Part shown: piece after piece, positions 40,901 to 48,805 of the stretch
Numbering within the stretch: the first letter of the stretch is position 1
How the letters are laid out: each line of letters opens with the position of its first letter
IMG/VR virus record: IMGVR_UViG_3300017917_000693
Coordinates: 7,143 to 71,142 of that record
Length of the DNA: 64,000 nucleotides
DNA from: a virus
Reading direction: 5' to 3' (one strand)
Notes under the pieces: model-generated
Database searches by the model: none
What the model saw: the letters and a program-made list of their open reading frames with translations, nothing else
Told to the model about the DNA's origin: nothing
Position numbers and translations under genes: made by a program

Positions 40901-43900
40901 ACGAGTAACCGCAGGTATAGGTTCAACTGTGGTATAGACTGTGCTGTCAGTGCTGTTGAATGCTTCAATGATACGATCAATTACATAGACCGCACCAGCA
41001 CCAGTAAACTCTGTGTACTCGGTGCGAGGGAATACGTTTCCTTCAAAGGTAATACTAGGAGTATCAGTGCCAATTGGTATAGATTTTTTAACTGAGGTTA
41101 TACCATCGCTGAATATACCTACGTTAACTGTAGCGTTAGGTGCACCAACACCTAGCTGTGCACCATCTAAGCTGGCATCAATTGCGTAGCCAAATTCACT
41201 GCCCACCGGACAGCCAACATCGGTACTTTCTATTGTAGTTAATAGTCTATAGTATGGTTGCTGTGTAATTGTTAGCGTTGTGCTAGTAGCAAAGGCCACG
41301 GTAAAAGTCAGTGTAGTTCCAGACAATGTGTAGTCAATGTTTGGAATATATGTTCGTGTAGCTGAAGTTACTAATAACGAATTAGCATCGTTAGTAACTT
41401 TAGGTGTAAACGGAACCGTAACTGAGGTGCCTGAGCTAACAGTAACGTTTCCTGAAGCTCTGGGAATATATCTATCTAAAGCATAAACGTAACAATGGTC
41501 GTTACCTGGTGCACCAACGTATAGCCAGTGACCGTGTTCATCAAATGCAAAACTAAATCCAAAGTGATCGCCTGTGGCATTTACATTACCAACTACAATC
41601 TGACCACGTTGCCATTCAGTTGAGTCTACAGTTTGATTGTATATGTAGACTAATCCTACGTTGGCACTACCGCTAGCGCCGGTACTCTTAGGAGCACTTA
41701 CCGCTATGGTTTTAGCGTATCCATCAACTTCTGGATCGTTGTGAATTGCAGTATCAAGATGATAACCGTAGTTGTATGTATTGGCTCCATCTGGAGTAAT
41801 TTTTAGTGTGTTGATCCATTCGCCGTTGTCATTGCGGTCAAATATATCTATTAGTCCGGTATTGGTTGACACAGAAAGGTTAGCATACAAGTCGCTGCCA
41901 ACAACGATACTGTTTTCGCCGTCGTCGAACATTTTCACAGATCTTCCGTAGCCAATGTTTGATACAGTTTCCAGTGATGTTTTTTCTAGTCGTTGTTTTA
42001 AGCCATACGGAAATTGTTTTTCGTAGACTTTCCAGAGATTGTTACCAGTTTCAAAAGGTTGCCCTTGTACAAAACTTGTAGGTGCGTCAAGGTCGATCCA
42101 GATTTTTTCACCAGCTTTCCAACCGTGTGGTGGCACATATTCACGTGCATTTTCCATGTATAGGAATCGTAGACTGTCCAAGCGGAATAGTATACCATTA
42201 CCAGTTAAGGTAGTTAACTCTGTGGTGTCGCCAGTATAGGCCACTGTAAATTCTGTTAAACTTACTACGTCAATTACCTGATAGAAACCATCGAAGGCAT
42301 CTCCAAAGTTACGTATCAATACAACACTATTTTCTTCAACACCGTGTGGTACATCTGTACGGAATTTAATAAAACCGTCTAATAAATTATCAACTTCAAC
42401 AACCTGAATATCTGTTTCTGTAACACGATAAACGTTCCAGCGTCGTTGGAAATCTTTAGCTACCCAGATAGTGTAGCCACTGCCCACGTTGTCAATAATT
42501 GAATCAAGATTCTTGTAGTCAGCTAAATCAAAAATTGTAGCATCAACGTCATCTAAGTTTACATAGCCCGCTGTAGGAATGTCGTTATCGTAGTCACTGC
42601 TGTCATTTCTAATAGACGCAATAGTTCCGTTGTAACGATCAGTAGATCTATATAGGTTTTCTGCAGAGAACACAGTTACTCCGTCAGACGCTGCGCTGTT
42701 GGTTGTAAACTCAGCACGAGCAGGATTAACCGCAAAGGCTTTTTCATCTAACTTAATTTCTAAGTATGGATTAATTGTAATAGCACCATACTCGCCAACA
42801 CGCACTGCCCACTCTTCGTAGTACTCAATGGCACTGTTTAAATTGTTAAATTCTGCTTTAGTTAACGCATCAACAGCATTGGCACTGCCTTTCTGCTTGA
42901 TGTAACCTTTATAGAATTCAACCTGTGTAGTTTCGTTTAGTCCAAGGTCATCTAAATACGGACGTGGTTTAAATCCAATTAATCCGTGACTGTATTTTAC
43001 ATTTTCAGCGTCGTTGAAGTAGCCGTAGCTGTCATAGTAACTCTGTGCTCTGACTGCATTACTACTTAAGTTAGGCAATAATCCTTTCTTAATTTGATCG
43101 TAGTCAGCAACTTTCCAGAGACTAAAATTAAAAGTGTCACTGGCTATAACATTTTCTATGGCAACATAGAATTGATCTTTATATTGTACTAGTTCGCCTT
43201 TGAGATAATCTTTGCCGGCAACCCAGAGATCAACTTTACCTGAATTATAGACAAAGCCTGGAGCATACAGACTACCATCCCACTCAGCAGTTTTTTGACC
43301 AATAAGTTTTAATCGATATTGTCTATTACCCAGTTCTGGTTTATAGATAATGTCATTGAACACTGTGGTGTTGTCAAAGATTAACGCATGTTCAAATTGA
43401 ACTAGGTCTAATTCTAAATAACCAATTACCTGATCGTTTGATAATTTAACCTTGGTATTTTCAGGTGTACGATATACAAGATAGTTATTATTCTTAACTA
43501 ATTTAAAGTTCTGATCTAATACCTTAGTACCGTACTGACTATCTGAAATACCATCAGTGATTGCACCAATGGTAATAGCATTTAGATTATCACCGACTGG
43601 GCTTAGTACTAGTATACTGCCCACTGGCCAGCCCTGCTGTACCCAGTATAAAAATTCTTTAGAACTTAATTTAAAGTTGCGTGTATCTCTTAGAGTTTCG
43701 TCGCGATCTTCAAAGGTAAATCCTGAAGCTTGCAAGAAACGTTCGTAGCTGATTAAGAAATCAACTACCTGTTGAGATGAACTAAATTCATAGCCGTAAG
43801 GTACAGTAATCTTGTATGGTTGATAATCGCGATAGAATGTAGCACTTAGATTTAATACATCTACACGTTGAGCATTAGTATTTGGAATACTAGGAATAAT

Positions 43901-46900
43901 TGTAAAATAAGGATTTGATAAATTATATCCTCGTACACTAAAACCACTTTCAGTTCTCTGTACAATTACCGCACTGTAGACTAGTTTATTAACCGGTGAT
44001 GACTTGTGCAGATAAACTTCATAGTTTTCGTTTGGTATAATAATACTGTCGTTAGTACTGGTTGGGCTACTTTGTTCAGCTAATACCTGCAGATATTTCT
44101 TGTCGCTGTAGCCAGCCATCTTGTAGGACAGGTTAACTGTATAATTAGCCAACAGTTGACTGATTCTAGTGGCAGGATTAATTCCTAAATTTGTCAGATA
44201 ATCTGCTATCCAGTTTACATAGCCAGCGGCTCTGGTTATTGTGCCACTGGTTGTATCACCGTTGAATTTAATGTCAGACTGTTTCAAGTGATCATTGGTG
44301 TCTGTCAGATACTGACCAATAGTTGAATTATAGTTGTATCTGGAAACGTCAGTTAGAAGACCAAAATATTTGCCAGGTACAGCCAATGCCAATGCCTGCT
44401 GTACGGCAAATGGGTACTCACTGCTACGACGCCATGCTGTTTCTACAGGACCCCACTCACCAATAGCCCAGGCTTTAGCGGTGTCTCGACTGCTGAAACT
44501 AGCTGTCATAACCTGCACAGGGCTTTTTAGATTGCCGTTGTCATCTACAGGAATTACACGACTAAGTCCAGGTCTGGCATAGCGTAGGTCAACGCCGGCA
44601 CGTTCGCCGTCAATGATGCGTCCTGCTTCTAAGTCATCCCATAGTAGACTGTTACCACCAGTGTATGGCGCAGGACCATAGTAGTCTTCCCACCAACTTG
44701 GTTTAACACTGAATCCTAGCATTTCCCAAGGACGTAAATGCGGTGCATCTGTGTCATAGAAATAGTGGAAACATGCTCGCCAGCCGCCAGGTAGAAGTTC
44801 GCTGTCAATTTCATCTGCAAAACTACTGTAGTTCCAGGTAAACGCATCCGATCCTTCAAACGTGTCGTTCAGACTAAAATCCAACTGATTGTTGCCTGCC
44901 CAGCTTAACAGTCCTCGTCCTAGTATTTGATTCATTTCAGCAATAGTATAATCACTGTTTCTGAACTTGCCTGGCATCACCGAATAAATTTCTAAATATG
45001 TCTTGCCATCGGCTAGTTTAATATTGTTGTAAATACGACGTTCTAATTCTAATAAGAACTGATCTCTATAGTCGTTGAAAGCAGGTGTTAGGCTACCATC
45101 GTGTCCTCTGATAACATTAATCTCTTGTCTATAGGTGTCATCAGAGAATATCTCAGGAATAAACTTAGGATAAAGACCTAACTTACTAGGAGTTTCAGGA
45201 ATGTAGTTACCATCAGTATTTTGATACTCGACAATAGTCAACAGGTCGTCAGTGTTTAGGTCTACTAAATCTAAAATTGTCACTGCTGGGCGGTCAGTAT
45301 TAAACACATAGTCACGATCTAATACAAGCTGTTGACCATTTAGATATACCAACACCGCTTGATTGCTTAATGTTGTACTGCTAAACACATTGGTTATTTC
45401 GTAGGTTCTTACCAATGGGTCAAAAATAGTGTAGCCGGTATCATTGATAACTGTTTTCAATGGACCGTATGGTACCATATCGCTATAGTACCAAGGAAAA
45501 TCTCTATTTTTTAATTTATTGATTTCAGTTAAAATTAAATCAACACTAGCCACTGGATCTGTTGGATCTATACCAACTAGATTTGTACTGTACTCTAAGA
45601 ATTTATTTTTAAATCTTGTGTATTCTTGTTGCGCATAGCGTAGTGCGTTAATGAAGTTTGTATCTTCATTTAATAATGCTAACATAGCATGCGTTACAGG
45701 TGCACTATGTTGTAAGATGTCGCCACCTTGCTGTTTAACTTCAATGTCACGTAGATTATTAGGACCTAGAATGTCACCTACTAGATCTTTGGTGTTAGTA
45801 CTAGTATCAATAACATGGTTACGTAATTGACCCAATGTTAAGGTTGTTAGGTCTATATTCTGAGCGTTTAAATCCAAGTTCAGTGGAACTTGATAATATC
45901 CTAAAGCACTTACCTGTTTACTGTAAATTAATAAATCAATTTTATCGCCAGCGGCCAATGTTGAATTTACAGTAAGCACCAACGAAGTGTTATCAAACGA
46001 GTATTGATTGCGATCTAATATTCTATTGTTAACATAAACTTTAATATATGGTACTGTAGCTTCGGCAGCAGGTGCTACATCAATCACAAATTGATTTGAT
46101 GCTTCGTAGATAAAAGATATCAGCTGATATTGTTTACTTGGTTCAACTACAGTACGCCAGGTATTAATAGGATACTTAGTATCTCTGTCAGTGATTTTGT
46201 GTATAAGCCCGGTAGATACTGGCTGTGTTACAGTCTGGCTGTCAACGATATATGTATAATTTTCAGAATCGTAATAGTTAACAAATTCAATATCCCCTTG
46301 GGTTCCAAAATTACGATAGCTTAGTGGGAATCCTAAGACTGGATCATTAACGCCAGTGGGGTTACGTTTGTAGCCAAATAGTCGTGTACCCTCAAAACTG
46401 CTACCAGTTAATTCAGCGATACTTGTACCGTTGTTGTTAAACACATCAAATAACGGGTCCTGATTAACCGTGGTCTTTTGTTGACTTTCGAGCCAGTTGG
46501 TGCCATTGAACCACCATTGACTTCCTTTGAATCTACCCTGTGCTACTACCAATGTGTCATATGGTTGTGCTACACCGTCGTCGGCGATAGTTAGTTTAAT
46601 CTGCGCATCACCAGTTGGTCGTCCAAGTTCGTCTACCTGTGTTCTAACTAAAGATATTTCATAAATTTTGTCGCGCACCAATGGGTCGGCATCGCTGGCA
46701 AATAAAACACGTAATCCATCTGTCAGAGTAATGCCAAATGCTGTAGCGGTAATAACTCCGTTGATGTCAGGAGGAAATCTTAGTCCTTCGTACTCAGTAA
46801 AAGCATTAGTTGAGTCAACATCTAAGATATCAATATGACGCTTGCCAATACGGCCGCTGTTGTACAGTTGCATGTCTTTTTCAAACTGTATGATAGGGCG

Positions 46901-48766
46901 TTGCGCACGTTGCTGTTGATCAAATTGAGGAACGGTATTGTTATATCTTGCAGTGGCTTCAATTACATCTCGGTGGAACCAACGATTGTTACGTGACCAG
47001 GCATTTAGGTCAATACTACAACGATTAATTGTTATATAATCTGGAAACACATCGTCAGGATAATTAACAGCCTGCTCATCAATGTACAGTTCTGGTGTAA
47101 TTAATAAATCTACGTCTACCAGTCTGATACTATCACCGATATTCTCAGCATAGTATGTTTTGTTTTGATAGGCTGCAGGAGTTACATCTGTGCCGAATCT
47201 AACTTTAAGTCCAGAAGTAAATTCTACACCGTTTGGACTAGTGTAGAATTTTTGTCCTAAGATATCTTCTTCTATGTCAATAGACCAATTGGCAGCTTCA
47301 ACAATACTCAACTGTGTGTACATTGATGGGTCAGCGGCATCTTGAATATACAGAGTTCTCTGTAGACTTGACAATAAAGGAACTTGATGCCAGAATCCAT
47401 CAAAATCTTTGTAGTATTCTTTATTAGCGTTAGCTACACCGTAGCGAATGTATACCTTGTTATTGATACCTATGTCACCAAACACCGCTGGTCCATTGAC
47501 CGCTGAAGTATGAGGTATGCTCAGAGAAATAATATTATCTGACGTAATAGATTCTACCACAGCTCCGTCAGCAATTCCAGGACCAGTCACACTGGCTCCA
47601 ATGTGTATAGCCAAATTGTTAAATGTATCTGTGGTATTCAGAACTTTACTTCCAGCGGTACCTGTACAACCGTTTACCGTTCTTGTTACAGGCGCTAGTC
47701 TGATCAGTGGATCGTTGTCCACTCCGCTGTCAACAAACTGAACTCGCCATACTCCATATCTGTAATTTTCAGGAACTACAGTACCATCATCGTAGCCGCC
47801 AATTTGGAATCCACTGGCATCATACACACCTTTGGCTGTCCAGGCATCTTCGCCAAGAGCTGAGTAATTTTGTGGGTCAATAAAAATTAAAGTTTTGCCG
47901 TTGAGTGTTCCTGTAATACCTGCGTATTGTGGGTACTTGTCAACAAATATACTAAGTAAACTGTTGTGTAGATCTGTGTATGGCAGTGGAGCAGCATAGT
48001 CTACATTGTAGATTAACTGCATACTGGTAAATCTATCTTGTGCATCAGCTGGGGGCACGTTAAAGACAATCTGTCCTACGTCGGCACCATTGTTTTCTAC
48101 ACCTAGTACTTCTCTCGATGACAGATTAGGTGCGGCATTTAACCGTCCGTCAATTCCTAATTCCGTTTGTATCCAAAAAGGAACTCCAGGTTGATTTACT
48201 TCAAATGTATAGCTACCGCCGCGTGCTAAAATTAGCGTATTGTTTACAGTGCCGCCTGAAGAATATGTATATTGTCTTGTTGCAGGATCGCGAGTTACGG
48301 TAATTGTTTTAGACAGTTCAACTGAACCTGTGGATACATCCACTGGATCAGGACCGTTAGGTAACCAAAAATACTGTGTAAAATTGATAAACTTATCAAA
48401 CGAAATGTGCGGATCAAAGGAGTAGTATTCGCTGGAGAATAAACGATCGTGATTGTTAACCAACCCACCGTAGTATTCTATTTTGTTAATCAGATCAAGA
48501 TAGCTGGCAAAAAATGTTATGTTTTTCTGATCATCTCGAACTAGCAAGCTAGGTTCAAGTTGATAGTTTTGACGGTCTGCTGTATCTTCAACAACATAAC
48601 TATCTTTTGCTTTGAATGTAGGAGCAAATTTTCTACCTATGTAACCATGAACAGTTTTTAGGTTAGGCTCACTGACCAATTGGTCAAGTGTAGCTGATAA
48701 GAATTTACTGTTTACTTCAGTTTGAAATACTGTAGGTAAAAATTTAAGCGTTTTTCTTGCGGCCAT
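34964..48766 (-). CDS. 4600-aa giant virion structural protein (baseplate/fibre scaffold)
   Basis: One uninterrupted ORF next to the gp6-like gene. It has FG-GAP-like repeats (FGFS...VGAPG, FGYAI...VGAP), G.GYT..P.V motifs and a C-terminal LTTEDG motif. Confidence 0.85.
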   Translation of the reverse strand: MAARKTLKFLPTVFQTEVNSKFLSATLDQLVSEPNLKTVHGYIGRKFAPTFKAKDSYVVEDTADRQNYQLEPSLLVRDDQKNITFFASYLDLINKIEYYGGLVNNHDRLFSSEYYSFDPHISFDKFINFTQYFWLPNGPDPVDVSTGSVELSKTITVTRDPATRQYTYSSGGTVNNTLILARGGSYTFEVNQPGVPFWIQTELGIDGRLNAAPNLSSREVLGVENNGADVGQIVFNVPPADAQDRFTSMQLIYNVDYAAPLPYTDLHNSLLSIFVDKYPQYAGITGTLNGKTLIFIDPQNYSALGEDAWTAKGVYDASGFQIGGYDDGTVVPENYRYGVWRVQFVDSGVDNDPLIRLAPVTRTVNGCTGTAGSKVLNTTDTFNNLAIHIGASVTGPGIADGAVVESITSDNIISLSIPHTSAVNGPAVFGDIGINNKVYIRYGVANANKEYYKDFDGFWHQVPLLSSLQRTLYIQDAADPSMYTQLSIVEAANWSIDIEEDILGQKFYTSPNGVEFTSGLKVRFGTDVTPAAYQNKTYYAENIGDSIRLVDVDLLITPELYIDEQAVNYPDDVFPDYITINRCSIDLNAWSRNNRWFHRDVIEATARYNNTVPQFDQQQRAQRPIIQFEKDMQLYNSGRIGKRHIDILDVDSTNAFTEYEGLRFPPDINGVITATAFGITLTDGLRVLFASDADPLVRDKIYEISLVRTQVDELGRPTGDAQIKLTIADDGVAQPYDTLVVAQGRFKGSQWWFNGTNWLESQQKTTVNQDPLFDVFNNNGTSIAELTGSSFEGTRLFGYKRNPTGVNDPVLGFPLSYRNFGTQGDIEFVNYYDSENYTYIVDSQTVTQPVSTGLIHKITDRDTKYPINTWRTVVEPSKQYQLISFIYEASNQFVIDVAPAAEATVPYIKVYVNNRILDRNQYSFDNTSLVLTVNSTLAAGDKIDLLIYSKQVSALGYYQVPLNLDLNAQNIDLTTLTLGQLRNHVIDTSTNTKDLVGDILGPNNLRDIEVKQQGGDILQHSAPVTHAMLALLNEDTNFINALRYAQQEYTRFKNKFLEYSTNLVGIDPTDPVASVDLILTEINKLKNRDFPWYYSDMVPYGPLKTVINDTGYTIFDPLVRTYEITNVFSSTTLSNQAVLVYLNGQQLVLDRDYVFNTDRPAVTILDLVDLNTDDLLTIVEYQNTDGNYIPETPSKLGLYPKFIPEIFSDDTYRQEINVIRGHDGSLTPAFNDYRDQFLLELERRIYNNIKLADGKTYLEIYSVMPGKFRNSDYTIAEMNQILGRGLLSWAGNNQLDFSLNDTFEGSDAFTWNYSSFADEIDSELLPGGWRACFHYFYDTDAPHLRPWEMLGFSVKPSWWEDYYGPAPYTGGNSLLWDDLEAGRIIDGERAGVDLRYARPGLSRVIPVDDNGNLKSPVQVMTASFSSRDTAKAWAIGEWGPVETAWRRSSEYPFAVQQALALAVPGKYFGLLTDVSRYNYNSTIGQYLTDTNDHLKQSDIKFNGDTTSGTITRAAGYVNWIADYLTNLGINPATRISQLLANYTVNLSYKMAGYSDKKYLQVLAEQSSPTSTNDSIIIPNENYEVYLHKSSPVNKLVYSAVIVQRTESGFSVRGYNLSNPYFTIIPSIPNTNAQRVDVLNLSATFYRDYQPYKITVPYGYEFSSSQQVVDFLISYERFLQASGFTFEDRDETLRDTRNFKLSSKEFLYWVQQGWPVGSILVLSPVGDNLNAITIGAITDGISDSQYGTKVLDQNFKLVKNNNYLVYRTPENTKVKLSNDQVIGYLELDLVQFEHALIFDNTTVFNDIIYKPELGNRQYRLKLIGQKTAEWDGSLYAPGFVYNSGKVDLWVAGKDYLKGELVQYKDQFYVAIENVIASDTFNFSLWKVADYDQIKKGLLPNLSSNAVRAQSYYDSYGYFNDAENVKYSHGLIGFKPRPYLDDLGLNETTQVEFYKGYIKQKGSANAVDALTKAEFNNLNSAIEYYEEWAVRVGEYGAITINPYLEIKLDEKAFAVNPARAEFTTNSAASDGVTVFSAENLYRSTDRYNGTIASIRNDSSDYDNDIPTAGYVNLDDVDATIFDLADYKNLDSIIDNVGSGYTIWVAKDFQRRWNVYRVTETDIQVVEVDNLLDGFIKFRTDVPHGVEENSVVLIRNFGDAFDGFYQVIDVVSLTEFTVAYTGDTTELTTLTGNGILFRLDSLRFLYMENAREYVPPHGWKAGEKIWIDLDAPTSFVQGQPFETGNNLWKVYEKQFPYGLKQRLEKTSLETVSNIGYGRSVKMFDDGENSIVVGSDLYANLSVSTNTGLIDIFDRNDNGEWINTLKITPDGANTYNYGYHLDTAIHNDPEVDGYAKTIAVSAPKSTGASGSANVGLVYIYNQTVDSTEWQRGQIVVGNVNATGDHFGFSFAFDEHGHWLYVGAPGNDHCYVYALDRYIPRASGNVTVSSGTSVTVPFTPKVTNDANSLLVTSATRTYIPNIDYTLSGTTLTFTVAFATSTTLTITQQPYYRLLTTIESTDVGCPVGSEFGYAIDASLDGAQLGVGAPNATVNVGIFSDGITSVKKSIPIGTDTPSITFEGNVFPRTEYTEFTGAGAVYVIDRIIEAFNSTDSTVYTTVEPIPAVTRVTVDGLELPPTEFSTTTGTKTLTLNVPLGIGKVVNIETNKFTLLEKLIGIDSLEGGLDAIQFNTRFGTAFTICSNNCAFYVGAPFYDNGTIYNTGAVWKFHHKGRLYGINTGFKKDPTFTPGDTIRLDNFEVRVGLAVNGHVIVKEGDYITQPSTGANVRVTGVNSTGSVHDTGNVSIPSSANFTTTVSFNTDINNVQVGWYVTGNNIVTGTRVTDIAVNGDIITIETDSTVASPFYTGDTYYFSVAPEGSYINISAYANTANLFTIGSGNISVNGVNAGVVPRVTTLDEFVGTVNDANLLGISAVNLNGFLRLTTDKTVAKNLLRTLTGTNTDGNVNGNNVYADAEMAVFAFMQIIINPYGNPGEYFGTKVILARNAYMLLISSERGTTRRYTTFDGDVTFFDTRTTGIFDSIPGSGSVYTYELYDDPRDEVEHPGRYAFCQQIDPGDLNPRDRYGAAIDIIGDFLVVTSTADDTSGTDTGSVYVFNNQTGGRGWNLIRYQQPTVDVDSVNRIYLYNNNTNTILSNLEFIDPAKGKILGQAEQEIKYKTAYDPAVYNRGSDTVETIQRDVFWGPAQVGEVWWNLDAIRFIDYEQDSLIYRSLNWGRLFPGSTVEVCEWVESDVLPSLYVETYPGQGVPKYANNSAYVEIINVDPVTNIIGNKYYFWVINKPNLDENLPNRKLPLTVITTLIENPKGNGTPYAAIIAENSVIVYNISDYLSADNTILHIDYELIRNDSIIHSEYELIQKNNADSRVPERIVNKLIDSLSTKDSAGNTVPDLNLSVADRYGIEIRPRQSMFVDRIAALNVLIEFTNNLFEQYPISVQFNLTNFLAEEAKPNIKLDEYNEAVDTEDLLQFIDTYNLYDKDGVFLNDPTGYRVLVLTNTTLEGRWTLHELTADRTWNIIQTQSYKTSLFWDYVDWYYTGYNSSVKATYAVDTLVDALKLPYAPGDIIKINNAGAGLWELVLVNDNREFFTIGRQNGTVQLNANKLTNTVDVPSEEIRYIINGLIEDIFTGELEGQFNNLFFSLVNYIFSEQKYVDWIFKTSFISVVHQLRGLIQPPNYIKDNQTYYQSYIEEVKPYAVKIREYLINYNGNDTFEGSVTDFDLPAYYDTDVRIFRSPSGDFGFVEKDEQLWQTDPYNQWYQNRKHSIAAITVENPGSGYTEIPVVEIYGDGSGARAHAIIDGDTGSVTEIVVDNPGSGYTLTPIVVINGNGVGATAYARLKNEQVRSINTSMKFDRVNYTSAVKDWTANTAYVQTVFDDNGYVIAGDVITYNGIAYTIKSNATSGTKFVATDYDVYPAANIKNANDRIMSYYQPTTRMTPRDLKQLIKGVEYPGVNVLGLGFEQSPGFSGVTQANITFSSNVNVSVGSSIVQPLPYDTILSFDGEITAAAGNFITQPFANGANATVYASVTDSYQVLAISNNGIPFVTDTEANVLLDDQYTIQVNGSNIAYGTGNVSAVGAETTVGANVTVTRVWSNTKVSGAIVSSEDFTLGSGNVKIDGSWANSYPTVYELISSTEFSPYDSSVFDPVAYDEAGLPVMSDSSYDAVIQSTYTDVNLGIRPEDINIVGGAYVDRYSSHAPEELIPGIMYETLNMQVYTKVNGNVDVLGYRIFNRSYYFFDEIVNETSYLRIADRYTTTLAQDLTLSDTEIAVVDSSRLAVPSIDNQIPGVVFIGGERITYWINDLDTNTLKQIRRGTQSTGAPDVHAAGTLVYDASLLQEIPGTVVGNVTISANTEFTVTTTPPYQLRLSSEITANVGDYITQSTSGANATVVGRDRTTDLVWINYNNANQFDYSNVIITMSGNISANVGDYITQESTDANLLVMVTNSGDANIIVAYTTVDLLDTSGNVFVNGVDANVVPAVSTVDPVLTSNIAINGTYTGNVYPLMNKFIGYDIDTVGNATIGSGNILVTANVWSNVSANVSAGIYERDTVSPQILFLKEEPATYTVGIITENAVNILTTEDGDIIIEE

Positions 48767-48805
48767 TATAGTCCAATCTCAATCTGTATATAGTATTTAA
48801 GCCTA

